NCBI GenBank assembly: GCA_024679065.1 | Contig: JAGIQG010000004.1 | Location: forward strand, 70,680,001-70,744,000 | Origin: Sphyrna mokarran | Taxonomy: Eukaryota | Length of the DNA: 64,000 nt | Reading direction: 5' to 3' | Part shown: positions 23,570 through 36,465 of the stretch, piece by piece | How the letters are laid out: each line of letters opens with the position of its first letter | Position numbering within the stretch: the first letter of the stretch is position 1 | Position numbers and translations under genes: made by a program | Notes under the pieces: generated by a model | What the model was told of the DNA's origin: nothing | Database searches by the model: none | Seen by the model: only the letters and a program-made list of their open reading frames with translations

Positions 23570-25225
23570 CATCTACTAGGATGGTGTAGTGCTGGATCTG
23601 GCTCTGGGGAATGAAGCCTGGCAAATATTCAATGTGGGGAGCATTTTAGCAATAGTGACCACAACACAGTACTGTTCATGTTTATGTGGTGTTGACTTGG
23701 GGAATGCAATTTTATTAAAATAAAGCAGGATCTGGCCAAAGTCAAACAACTCTTTGTGAGCAAGTTTACAGCAGAGCAGTGAAGGGCATTCAAAAAGGAA
23801 TTGCAGAGAATACAGGTCCAACATGTTCCCCATACGGGAAATGTCAGAGCAATAAATTCAGGGAATCCTGGATGTCTAGGACAATCCAAGATTCATTAAG
23901 GAATGGATAGGTTTTTTTAGCAAGTCCAAAAGGGAGCACAAAAGGGAATTTAAGAAAGAAATAAGAAGGGCAAGAATGGGGCATGATAAAGGATCTGTGA
24001 ACATGATTAATGAGAATCCTAAGATATTTTATAAATATATTATGGAGGAAGAGGTTAACCAGGGAAAGCGTTGGGCCTGTTTGAGACCAAAGGGGCAATC
24101 TCTGTGTGGAGCCACAGGATACTAGAATGATGTTAAATGAATACTTCTCTTCAGCCTTCACGTAGGAAAAGAAGAATGTAGGTACAGAATTCAGGAAAAG
24201 GGACTGTGAGGAACTTGCACAGTTTGAATAAAATATATAGAGGTATTGGAGAATCCAACAGGCTTAAAAATGAACAAATCCCCAGATCTGGCCAGATAAA
24301 TTGCTTTCCACGTTTTTGTTGGAAATGAGGCAGGAAATTGCAGGAGCTCTGACACAAATTTTTAATTCTTCTCTGGCCACTGGAGAAGTGCCAGAGGATT
24401 GGACAACGACTAATGTGAATCCACTTTTCAAGAAGACTAGTAGAGATGAACCACAAAATTACAGACTGGTAAGTTTCAAGTCAATGGTAGGGAAATTATT
24501 GCTAAAATTCTGAAGGAGAGAATTAGTTACCACTTGAAAAGGCATGTGTTAATTCAGAATAGTCAGTATGGTTTTGTCAAAAGGAGGTCACGCTTAATAA
24601 ATTTGACAGAACTTTTCAAAAAATATGATTGTGTGTGTGGATGAGGGAAGTGCAGTTGATGTAGTTTATGTGGATTTTAGCAAAACTGTTGTCAAGGTCC
24701 CAGATAGGAGACTGACTGAGTGGTTGAAGCACATGGCATTCAGGGAAACTTGACATGATGGATCTGAAACTGACTTAGTAATAGGACACAATCAGTTGTG
24801 GCAGAAAGCTGAGTGACTGGAGACTGGTGTCTAGTGACAGCATAAAGTTCAGTGCTGTGATCCTTATTGTTTGTTCTATACATAAATGACATGAATGATA
24901 ATGTGGGGGAAACAGTAAGCAAGTTTGCAGATGACACCCCAGATTGGCAGGTGGTTAATAGTGAAGAAGTTTATAGGTTACAAGAAGATATAGATGGGCT
25001 GCTCAGATGGTCAGAGGAGCATGAGATGGTATTTAACTATGATAAGTGTGAGGTGATGCACATTGGAAGAAGTAATAAGATAAGGGGGTATTTAGGGAAT
25101 GGCAGGAGACTGGAAAGCTCAGGGAAATAGAGGGATCTTGCGGTAATTATTCACAGATCCCTGAACTCAGCAGAGCAGGTGAATAGGATAATTATGAAAG
25201 CATATGGGATGCTTCCTTTTATGTA
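23570..25225 (+). mobile_element. CR1 LINE ORF2 remnant
   Basis: ORFs SSLATGEVPEDW...NV.PLFKK..RD.P.NYR.VS and LYINDM..NVG..VSKFADDT. Confidence 0.9.
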
Positions 25226-27683
25226 TGTGATATCACATTGTGAGAAGAGCCACATTAATGCAAGTCTTCCTTTTTTTTTGGTTGAAGCAGGGAGATAAAT
25301 TTTGCCATATTGTAAGGATCTGTGAGTTTCTGAACTTTTTCACCTAGTTGCTGAGGACAAATCAGAAGTGGAATTCACAGGCTTTTAGCTCAATCGAGTT
25401 TCATGTTGAAACCTTCAAGTAGAGTTCATTTCTTATAGCAATCATCTCAATTTTATCTGTCGAAGTTGGGCATTGGTTTGATTAGCAGCAATAGACAGCA
25501 TTGGCATTTAGACAGCAAGAAGAAAGACTGTCATTTAGAAAGTCAGGTACAAGTGCCAACTGAAGTGGGTGGAGTGTGGGTGGTATATGGATCCACCGAA
25601 TTTCTGTCAACAGAAGGATTCTTTCTGATGCTAACAACTCCATAACCCTAATTTTATCAACATGCCTGCTCCAAAATCAGGGCAGGCGAGGCTCACAGAA
25701 CAGCATTCTCCATTGGCAGTGGGTGCCATCTTATGAGCCTTAGGTGGGCGTGCCATTAAAATTCCTGACCATGTTTCCTGAAAATGGGGCATTAATGTGG
25801 CCAGAATTGTGTTGTAAAGGGAAAAGTTGGAACTGGTGGGAAGAGTTGAATCAGCCTCAGATGGGTTCTCAGCAGGGGGTGGTTTGGGGAAATGGTAGGT
25901 GGGGGTGGGGGGGGGGGGTGGAGTTTGCTATATTATCAGGTGGAAGGACCCAGGGTGGAGATCTTGTCACCTTCTTGTCTCTTTTCCGCCCCACCCCCTC
26001 CCCCACTCTACGCTCCACTGAGCAAGATCAATTGGGAAGAATGGAGAACAGCCTTCTCACCCAGAGGCAAATTGAAGCCCTTACGGAGCCAATTAAAACT
26101 TATCCTGCTGCCAATGTATTCAACAAATGGCAGCTGGGGGTTTGCCATGAGGCAAGACAACTCAGCAAACTCTATTATATATGCCTATGGTCTAGTTGGA
26201 TGCGGTACTCCTCATTCACAAGCAGTTGTGCCTGATCGAGGAACCCAGCATCAGCAAGGGGTGAGCTGCTTAAAGTTACCCTCCTGCCCTTGTTTTTGAC
26301 CCATCCCCTCCCACTCGCTCACCAATTCTGCTGCTATCTGCTATGCTTTGGTTTTACCACAGATGACAAGACTAGTTAATGTGATTTATAAAGGTAAAGA
26401 AATCTGTGGGAAATCTGTGTGATTAACTCTGTTGTGAAACTTGGTATAAGAGTTCATTGGGGATGTACGATTTGGCTGACTACTTTCTCCTGGGAACTGG
26501 GAAGGAGCAGAGTGCCTGACTTGGATTTTCATCCACAAAGTAATTAGTGGGAGTTAGGAAAATTCTTCACTCAGCTTGCCTTGGGCTGAAGTGGCAGCAA
26601 AGGCCGGATTTTAATTGTCAGGGTTGGAGTCAGGCCAAAACTTTTGAAGGTTGCTACAGGAGCTATCTGGTCCAATTGTGGGCTGCTTTAAAGGTCCACA
26701 TCAGTGCTGTGTGACTTTGGACCAGTTAAACAAATTTATATAAAGGTACTCCAATTCTTACTCTTCAGACTTGCTCACTCTTTGTTCTTCATGTCCTGTG
26801 TATGCTACCTCATGTCCCCTCACTCATCTTCTATTGTCCATCATGCCTCCTATGCCAAATTCTGCTATTCCACACACCTCCATGTTCCCTCATTACCCCC
26901 ATGCCAAGTTACACTTCTTCCCTGTCTATTGGCTCACTAGAAATTTATTAATAATATTATTAAAATATGCATATGTTAGGAGCAAGAACGTAGCAAGGGA
27001 AAGAATAGCCTCACTCAAGGGCATTGGAGGGAAGTTTTACGTAGAGCCATAGAAAATGAGTGAGATCCTTAGTGAGTATTTTATGTCAACATTCACTAAG
27101 GAGAAGTACATGACAGATGCTGAGGTCAGGGATAGGTTGTGAAAACTCCAGAGGATATTAATATATCGAAGGAGGAAGTATTGGGTATCTTGAATCTCAT
27201 TAAGTTCAACATATCCTTGGGGCTGAATGCGATCTGTCCCAGGTATTGTGGGAGGCAATGAGAGAAAGTTAGGTCTTTAATTAGATATCTTCACATCCTG
27301 TTTGATCACAGGCAATTTTGGAGAATAGCCAATGTTGTTCCCTTGTTTAAGAAGTATGCATGGATAATTCAGGAAATTATAGGTTGGTGAACCTGACATC
27401 AATAGTGAGGACATTTTTGGAGAAGATACTGAGGCTCCGGATATATGCATGTTTGGGAGAAAATGGACTAGTTAGTGAGAGGCAGCATTGTTTTGCACGG
27501 GGAAGGCCATATCTCACCAACTTGATTGAGTTTTTGAAGAGGTGACAAAGATAATTGATAAGGGCTGTGGATGTAGTTTAGACTTTGACAAGGTCTGAAA
27601 TGGCAGATTGGTACAATAACTAATTTCACTTGGGATTTGGGATGGCCAGGCTAAATTAATACAGAACTGGCTTGGTTATAGAA

Positions 27684-28202
27684 CTTCTTGCTTTCAGACA
27701 ACCGCACAACCTCAAACAGATCATTGTTCGCAGCAAACTACCCAACCTTCAGGAGAACAGTGACCACAATACCACACAACCCTGCCACAGCAACCTCTGC
27801 AAGGCATGCCGGATCATAGACATGGACGACATCATCAAACGTGAGGATACCATTCACCAGGTGCACGGTACATACTCTTGCAACTCGGCCAACGTTGTCT
27901 ACCTAATACGTTGCAAGAAAGGATGTCCTGAAGCATGGTATATTGGGGAGACCATGCAGACACTACGACAACGGATGAATGAGCATCGCTCAACAATCAC
28001 CAGGCAAAACAGTTCCCTTCCTGTGGGCGAACACTTCAGCAGTCATGGGCATTCGGCCTCCGACCTGCGGGTAAATGTTCTTCAAGGGGGCTTTTGTGAT
28101 ACACGACAGCGCAGAGTCGCTGAGCAGAGACTGATAGCCAAGCTCCGCACACATGAGGACGGTCTTAACAGGGATCTTGGCTTCATGACACACTATCTGT
28201 AA
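27684..28202 (+). CDS. Penelope/Neptune Cys-rich linker + GIY-YIG endonuclease (C-terminal part of the PLE ORF, no native start)
   Basis: Uninterrupted frame: CHSNLCKAC, NVVYLIRC..C..WYIGET...LRQRMNEHR, VGEHF..H, E..LI..L.T..GLN. The first four codons of the called ORF come from the TSD. Confidence 0.9.
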   Translation, partial: LLAFRQPHNLKQIIVRSKLPNLQENSDHNTTQPCHSNLCKACRIIDMDDIIKREDTIHQVHGTYSCNSANVVYLIRCKKGCPEAWYIGETMQTLRQRMNEHRSTITRQNSSLPVGEHFSSHGHSASDLRVNVLQGGFCDTRQRRVAEQRLIAKLRTHEDGLNRDLGFMTHYL

Positions 28203-28416
28203 CCCCCGTAACTTGCCTGGGTTAGCAAAAAACCTCACTTACTGTGCTGTCTGGAGGAAATACACAATTCTGTAACCAATGCTCAGGATTCCCTTCACAC
28301 ACATTGTTAGCCACTTTAACACTTGAATACCAGGTTAGATGTAAGGATTCGCATTCTAATCAGCAATCTCCGACTGTCTGTGCTGATGTGTGCTATTGCA
28401 GACCAGAACACTGCAT

Positions 28417-28454
28417 TTGCCTGAGGAAGACACAAGAGTGTTGAAAGCTCGCAA
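28417..28454 (+). ncRNA. Minimal type I hammerhead ribozyme of the PLE terminus
   Basis: UUGC-CUGAGGA-A-GACAC(AAGA)GUGUU-GAAA-GC-UC-GCAA: stem I UUGC/GCAA, 5-bp stem II, palindromic AGCU stem III. Confidence 0.8.
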
Positions 28455-30379
28455 TTTTACTATCAAATAAATCGGTTGGATTAAAAATTGGTGTTGCTAA
28501 ATTCTTACTTGGTTATAGAAGACAGAAAGTAACAGTGAAGGGGTTTTTCAGAATAGGGATCTGTAGCTAATGGTGTTCTGCAAGGATCAATGCTGGGACT
28601 TCTGATGTTTATAGCATATGTACATGATCAAGAATAAAATGTGGGTGATCTGATTAGTAAGTTTGTGGATGACAAAGATTAGTGGAGTTGCTGATGGTGC
28701 TGGGGATTGTCAGAGAATACAACAGGACATTGATAAATTGGAGATTGGAGCACAGAAATGGCAGATAGAGTTTATTCTGGACAAAGGTGAAGTGATGCAT
28801 TTTGGAGGATTGAATTTAGGTATGAATTATACTGTAAATGTAGAGTCCTTAGGATCATTAACATACAGAGGGATCTGGACGTGCAGGTCAATAGTTCCCT
28901 AAAAGTGGCAACACAGATGGCCAAAATGATTAAGAAACTGTAGGGCATGCTTGTTTTCATCAGCCGGGACATTGAGTACAAAAACTGGGAAATCATGTTG
29001 TAGCCATATACAACTTTGGTTAGGCCGTATTTGGAGTACTGTGTGTGGTTCTGTTCATCACACTACCAGAAAGATGTGGAAACTTTGGAGAGAGTGCAAA
29101 AAAGGTTCAACAGGAAGTTGCCTGGTCTCAAGGGCATTGACTATGAGGAGAGGTTAAATAATGGAGGATTGTTTTCACTAGAAAGATAGAGGCTGAGGGG
29201 AGACCTGATAAAGATCTACAAAATTATGAGAGGCATCGATAGGGTGGATAGTCTGAGACTTTTTCCCAGGATGGAAGTGCCAATTACAAGTGGGCACAGA
29301 TTTAAATGAGAAGGGGCAAATTTAAGAAAGGTGTGTGGGGGAAGTTTTTCACGCAGAAAGTGATGGGTTCCTGGAAAGCACTGCCAGAGGTGGTAGTGGA
29401 AGCAGACACATTAACAACATTTAAGAGGCATCTGGATAGGTAGGTGAATAGGGAGGGAATAGAGGGATACGGACCAAGTAAGGACAGATTTTTTTTTTGT
29501 TGATTTAGGGCATCATAATTGACACAGGCTGGGAGAGCCAAAGGTCCTATTCCTGTGCTGTACTGTTTTTTGTTCTCTTTGTTTAAACCAGCAAACAGTA
29601 AGATGTATTTAAAAAAAACTTTCTAAAAGGCAATTCATTCATAACCTTTCACTACAATATTTCACTGCAAGCCAATGAAAATATCAATCATCCAGATCCT
29701 TTAGTGTATTAGGAACAAATACCACAAGCACTTGAAACTGCTTAAGATTGTGTAAACAAACATTGAGAAATTGACGGCAGAGATTAAAGATTCTGATCAG
29801 TCAATCAAGCAATGTTCTCGCTGGGAGCAGGTGTTTCAACAAGTGTAAGAGTCGTCTGTACTCTCAGCCAAGCACACAGAAGGGGCGTAGCAGTATTCCC
29901 TATTGTACAGCTTGTACAATAGCTTTGCATTAAGTGAATAAAGTTGAGAAATTGGGCTGTAGTACTGCAGTTTTGAAAATTCTCCACAGCTCCCCATTGG
30001 ATGTGCAGGTTTCAGGATTTGATCTTTTTATCCCTGAACTCAGAATTGGGAATAGAGAATTCTATTCTCCAGGATGTGGTACCTTTTTCAATAAAGTTTG
30101 CTTCCCACATAATGTTAATCTCAATGATCTCAATGATGTTACCCTGACAGCAGAATTCAATTAATATACAATGATGAAGTTATTACCAATTTAATATCAG
30201 CTGTTTTGTTACTGTTGAGTTTGTTATCCAGCATTGCTCAACTCGAAGTTCTTTCACCTCATTGGTTAAGTGTTTAGATCTCTATGCCTGTCTTCTTTCT
30301 AATTAGCTATTTTCCTCTTGCATTATTGGAAGTCTTTCTCCCAAATTTCACTTTTCTTTCCAGTTTGTGCCATAACATT

Positions 30380-30633
30380 TCTAGTTACAATTTCCTGAGC
30401 TGGAGCCACCACGAAAGTCTTTCTTCCAATCATCAAATATCCTGTAGAGAAGGAAACATTGAGCAATACGCACAAGAATCCTCATACAAATGCCAATTTC
30501 CTCAGGAAGATTCATCAACTCCAATTTCCACTCAGCATCTGACAAACCAAGTATTTCTTCTCCATGATACCTCCTCAATGTCAGCTGTTCAAATGACGGC
30601 TTTGTGTTTTCAAAGCTTTGCAGCTGATACAAG

Positions 30634-30702
<69 letters not shown>

Positions 30703-30900
30703 ATGATGATATCAGGCTGTATGACCAAGAAGCCAATTCTGGAAGTACGAGAGACTCCAATCTTGTGTAGAGGTCCAAATATGGAAATACTTTTCTAAAT
30801 AAAGGTTTTGAGAAAGTACAGCATACTTTGGGAGAATAGACAATTCCCCAAATTTCCGCACCATCAACAAGGCATGGACAGTAAAAACTGGTCCTTGAGC
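30380..30900 (-). mobile_element. Very old non-LTR (RTE-X-like) ORF2 C-terminal fossil split by (TG)n
   Basis: DGAEIWG resembles the YGxEIWG motif; LPEEIGIC..CFLL..FDD.K resembles the decayed C-terminal zinc-knuckle region. Motif resemblance only. Confidence 0.4.
30635..30699. repeat. (TG)n microsatellite, ~32 units
   Basis: Perfect dinucleotide run. Confidence 0.99.
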
Positions 30901-32089
30901 TGAATAGAAACATAGAATCCGTACAGAACAGAAAGAGGTCATTTGTCCCATTGAGTCTGCATCTACTCTCCAAAAGAGCATCTTACCACCCTATCCCCAT
31001 AACTCAGGACACTTAGTGTAGCTAATCCACCTAACTTACACTTCCTATGCACAACAATGCTAACTATTGTGTCACTGTGCTGCCCTATATATTTGGTGCA
31101 AGCTTTCACTGCCTGCAGCAACTTTATAGGGCGAGTGCTGGATGAATGTTGGGCTGTCTGTTTTACCATTAGTTAGTCACTGCTCAACTTGAATTGGTGT
31201 TGGGGGAAGGAAAGAAGATGTGGAGGAGTGGGGGGAGGCATGGGGACATAGAACATTCATGCCTGTTAGTAGTATTGTGGAGCTGGAGGGAGCATTTTTA
31301 ATTTTAAAAGCAAATAAAAAAATATTTCTTTTCACTGGTGGCCATATAGACATCTGAAAACCTAGTCAAAAGTATGGCCAAAGCAAAGTCCATTCAGGGC
31401 ATTCCAATTTTGCACAATGATCCCTCAAAAGACATTAATGTTCTTATTTCTGTGAAATAAATGGCCAATCCCAGTTTTAAACAGCTCTTTATAATTCTTA
31501 AAAATTGGGCAGACAATTAGACCATAGATCCAATGCATGTAGAGATTGAATAAAGAATGTTCTCAGGCACTTCATGTTTGATCCACAACTATTGAACTCT
31601 ACATTTACATGTTAAATTCAAACTGTCAAAAAAATGTTGATTTTTTTTGTTTGCTGCTTTTTATTAAACAATGATAAACACCCCTTCAGCCTTTCCACCA
31701 TGTTAGGTCTCATCACCATTGAGGTTTTAATTGCAAATGAGATGATTTCCAAACACTATTCCACTTCAATCTCTTTCTACATTTCACTGCTGACATTATC
31801 TACTATTCTATATCTAATATTCCTTCTCTGCCCTGAGAGGATTTTCCTCTGGTTCCATCACTAGTTCATTCTCAAATCCCCAACACCATCCCTTCTTTCC
31901 CACACTACCATCCACACTTCTGCCATTGTTAATTTATTTCAAAAATTGTCTCACCGCAGAATTCCTTCCAAATTATTTCCACTGTCTTCAACCACCGACA
32001 TTCCTCTGATGCAGTTCCTTGTGCAGTTCTGAAGGTTGCAGGTCCATTGCATCTGACACAGGACTAGCTACTCTTCTTTGACCAGACCA

Positions 32090-32895
32090 TATAAGTAACA
32101 AGATCTGGACAATATCCAGCCTTGGGCTCACAAGCGCCAAATAACATTCGTGCCATTCAAATGCCAGGCAATGACGTCACCAATAAGAGACACTCTAACC
32201 ACCACCCCTTAACATTCAATGTGTAGTCATCATTGAATCCCCCACTGTCAACATCCTTAGGGTTACCATTGACTAGAAACTCAACTGGACTCACCACATA
32301 AACATAGTGGCTACAAGAGGCTAGGAATATTGTGGTGAGTAATTCATCTCCTGACTCCCTAGAGCCTATTCACCATCTACAAGGCACAAGTTAGGAGTGT
32401 GATGGAATACTCCCCACTTTCCTGGATGGGTGCAGTTCCAACAATGCTCAAGAAGCTTGACACCATACAGGACAAAGCAGCCTGCTTGATTAGCACCATT
32501 TCTACAAACATTCAATCCCTCCAACACCAATGCTCAGTAGCAGCAGTGTGTCCTATCTACAAGACGCACTGCAGCAATTCACCAAAAATCTTCAGACAGC
32601 ACCTTCCAAATCCACAATCCCTTCCATCTAGAAGGACAATGAGAACACCACCACCTGCAAGTTCCCCTGGAAGCCACTCACCGTTCTGACATGGAAATCT
32701 ATTGCCGTTCCTTCGCAGTCGCTGGGCCAAAATCCAGGAATTCCTTCCCTAATGGCATTGTGAGTCAACCCACAGCACATGGACTGCAGCAATTCAAGAA
32801 GGTGGCTCATCACCACCTTCTCAAGGGCAACTGGGGATGGGCAATAAATGCTGGCCAGCCAGCAATGCCCGTGTCCACAAATGAATTGAAAAAAA
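32090..32895 (+). mobile_element. Zenon/Crack-like LINE 3' part, comparatively well preserved
   Basis: ORF 32399-32689 (MEYSPLSWMGA.PT.LKKLDTIQDKAACLI); ends GGGCAATAAATGCTGGCC..ATGAATTGAAAAAAA. Confidence 0.9.
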
Positions 32896-33379
32896 GTGCC
32901 CAACATCACCCCACGCCACCTGGCCCCCCATTATATCCATCCATATCCAACTCCAAGGCCTGTTCTTGAGTATACGGACAATTAATGACTCAGTAACCAA
33001 CCAGGGAGTGGGAAAGTTTGATCTTGAGTTTGGGTATAACTAGGCACAACATCGAGGGCCGAAGGGCCTGTACTTGCTGTACTGTTCTAAGTTCTGTCTG
33101 CTTCAATCCCTGACTCTTCATTGCAATTTTTTAAAAAAATTACACAAAACACAAATTTGATTTGTGTTATTGAAGTACACAGAAACACTGGGCAGGAATC
33201 CCCCCACCAGCCCCCAAATGTGTTTGCAGTGGCAAAGATAGCTCACCATTGGTTGGCAGTGGGATCTTCTCTTCCCACCACTGTCAATGGGTTTTTCCTG
33301 TAGTTTGCACCTTCTGCCACTGGGAAACTTGTGATAGGGCAATGACAGAATGGGACTGGAAGATCCTATCAATGGGAAT

Positions 33380-36300
33380 TACAACATTTTTTTAAAATTA
33401 AATAACTGGCTTAAACAGGTTTCCAGAGGCTTATTGCATTTGAATATAAAAGTAGGCATTCTTAAAGTGCAGCTAGGTCTTTAGTAGAGTGTTGGTGACA
33501 GTTTGGTAACCTAGAGAGTTCAGTGAAGAGGAAACAAGGTGATGATTTTCTTTTCTATCTTTCCTCAGAAAAAAGAGCAGAAGCCTTTATAAAGTAGGAC
33601 CCGTTGAATATTCCTATTCTCTTTAACATGCTCTAAAATAGAGGAAGGGAGTAATTTCAAGATAAGCCAGGTAAGGCACGTCAACCATGTGGAATGCTCC
33701 TCTTGCGTGATGTGGAAACTCAGGGACTCTTCCAATGTCCAGGTTGACCACATGACAAAGTGCCTCCAGCTGCAGCTGCTTGGAATCTGTGTTTTGAATC
33801 TGATGTTGTGATTATAAAGAATGAGATCTTTGTGGGTAGCACATGCAGTGAGGTGGTCACAACGCAGGTATAAAGTACACAGACTAAAAGGAAATGGGTG
33901 TTTGCCAGAGAGAACAAGAGCATTACACAGGGTGTCCAGGAGTCCCCTGGGTCTATCCTGTGCTCTAACAGGCTTTCTGTTTTGGATTTTTCTTCAAGGG
34001 AATGTGGCAAGAGCCAGGTTTGTGATGCTATTATTGACTCAGCTGCACAGTGGACAAAAAAGATGTGGGAAAGCAATACTAATTGGGATTCCATCGATAA
34101 GGAGAACAGGTAAATGTCTCTCTGACCGCAGCCATGACTCCAAGATGATATGTTGTCTTTTTGGTTCCTGAGTCAATGATGATATTGAGCGACTACAGAT
34201 TTTCTGAAGGGGAATGGTGACCAGCCAGAGAATTTGTTCCATATTTGTATCAATGATGTAGATAAGAAGGGATGATGACTTGAAAACTGAATGTAGGGAG
34301 CTAAGAAATAAATTAAAAAGCAGATTCGCAAAGTTAATAATCTCAGCATAATCTCAGTGCTAGTGAGAACAGGAATAGGATGAGATGAATGCTAGCCTTT
34401 TGAGAGACAGTGTAGGAGGGAGAGATGTAGATTCCTGAGGCATTGAGACCGATGGTGGGAAGATGGGACCTCTAGAAGCTGATTGGTTTGCACCCAGCAG
34501 GTCCAACACCAATATCCTAACATGGTCTATGAGGTGGAGTGATGTTATTATTTGAGGATGAAATCACCACAACACTGAGATATTAGTTCAGACAATCGAG
34601 ATATAGAATCAGTCTGTGAGGAGCTAAGAAGCAAAAGAGTGGAAGAAATTAGTGGGAGCTGTCTTTAGATCTCCAAACAGTAGGGTACAGTAGCAGATAG
34701 TATTTAACAAGAAATTAGAAATCCATGTAACAATGTTGTTGCAGAGTTCTCCTTGACATCACCCCCATCTGAAGATTTTTCTCCCCCACCCCCCGCCTTC
34801 GATCGCCAACCCCTGTATCTTTCTATATCCCTTTGCCAATCATTCCCCATTTGCAGGATTTCCCCCCAACTGGCGGATCAAATCCCCCTGGAGAGCTCCT
34901 TTCTTGCTTTCCCCACCCATTACCATCCCGTACCATTCAGGCCCCACCCCCTTAGCACTGCCCTAGCACAGTTATGATGCCCAGTAGGCAGTGCCTGATG
35001 GGCAGTGCTGGCCACATCCCTGACCACCCAGGGGCTTCAATGATCTCTGACTCATCTAGCGTGGCCATCATGTCTAGTACCCATTGGTGGGAACCACGAG
35101 TGATTCTCTTTAGCGAGAGGTCTCACCAACAAGGGCAGAAAGATCCAAGTGGCTGGAAATATGTCAGATGCATTAATGAGACGATAAGTATGTCATTAAT
35201 ATTTAAATCAGCTTCTTATGCTCTTTGATCATGCCACTGATCGCACCAGCTAAACATGGCCAGGAAGAGAGCTTTCAGTCAGCGTGAGACCAGTCTGTGC
35301 TCAGCACAAAAGTCCTGTGCATGATCTTCCTGACCCGCTGTACTGATTGCCCGGTGCAACATGCCAGAAAAACCATACTCAAATTGCTAGTATGCTAAAT
35401 CAAAGCACGTGAGGTTGGTTGGAATATATGGGCATGACTTGAAAATTAGTTAGCAGACAAGAAATAGAGTGTAGGAATCAATGGGTCTTTTTTTGAACTG
35501 GCAGTCCGGTAGGGATCAGCTTTTGACCTCTGGCTATTCACAATATACATCATTGATTTGGATGAGGAAATGAAAAGTAATAATTCCAGATTTCCTGATG
35601 ACATGAACTTGATTGAAATGTGAATGGTGAGGAGGAAGTAAAGAGGCTTCAAGATGATTTGACAAGTTGAGTGAATGGGCAAATACATGACAGATACAGT
35701 ATAATGTGAATAAATGTGATGTTATCCACTTTGGACAGAAAAACAGAATGGCAGACTATTACTTAAATTGTGACAGATTGGGAAGTGTTAATGTACAAAG
35801 GGTCTCAGGTGTCCTCATACATGAGCCACTGAAAGCAAACAAGCATGCAGGTGCAGCAAGCAGTTAAGAAGGAAAATGATATGTTGGCAGTCATTGCAAG
35901 GGGGTTTGAGTACAGGAGCAAAGATGTCTTATTGCAGCTCTCAGGACCTTGGTGAGACCATATCTATAGTACTGTGTGCAGTTTTAGTCTCTTTAACTAA
36001 GAAAGGATATATTGCCATGAGGGAGGGCAGACAGATTCCTGGGATGGCAAAATTGTTGTATGAGGGTAGATTGGATTGATTAGGCCTGTTTAGAAGAAGA
36101 GAGGAAATTAATTGAAATATTCTGACAGGGCTGGACAGGAATGTTGTTTGCTCTGTCTGGGATGCCCGGAACAAGAGGTCACAAGATATCTCAGGATACA
36201 GGCTAGGTCACTTAGTACTGAGAGGAGGACAAATTTCTTCACTCAGAGGTATGAACCATAGGAATTCTCTATCACAGAATGCTGTGGAGGCCAAGTCACT

Positions 36301-36465
36301 GAATATATTTAAAAAAGAAATAATAGATTTTTATACTCTTAAGGTGGCAAAGGGTGGTGGGAACAGTGCTGGTATATGGCATATGGATCAGCTATGATTA
36401 TGTTGAATGATGGAGAAGGCTTGAAGGGCTGAATGGTCTTTTCCTGTTCCTATTTTCTGTTTCAA
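33380..36465 (+). mobile_element. CR1 LINE retaining 5' region/ORF1, internally deleted, with a GC-rich insertion at ~34740-35385
   Basis: ORF1 remnants VECSSCVMW..KCLQLQLL (~33690-33780) and esterase-like IGDS/MICCL.G/HI..ND (~34080-34260). RT and 3' UTR lie at 35385-36465. Confidence 0.8.

Larger units (their letters stand above)
27684..28507 (+). mobile_element. Penelope-like element (Neptune-type), 5'-truncated, 13-bp TSD
   Basis: TSD CTTGGTTATAGAA at 27671-27683 and 28508-28520; GIY-YIG ORF; hammerhead-bearing 3' terminus. Confidence 0.93.
26920..29580 (+). mobile_element. CR1 LINE (frameshifted), interrupted by a Penelope element
   Basis: ORFs GNYRLVNLTS.V..LEKIL..LTNLIEF and LQ.DIDKLE..AQKWQ.EF. 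The reading NWLGYRRQKV is restored when 27684-28520 is removed. Confidence 0.92.

Noticed and set aside
25744-26299. 163-aa and 135-aa ORFs and a G-quadruplex-like run at ~25875-25921
   Set aside because: No recognisable domain; they lie in a GC-rich MITE-like repeat and read through a poly-G tract.
27672-28202. CR1-Penelope fusion protein or standalone homing endonuclease gene
   Set aside because: The PLE frame is shifted relative to the broken CR1 frame, the TTG start comes from the TSD, and the structure is a simple truncated insertion.
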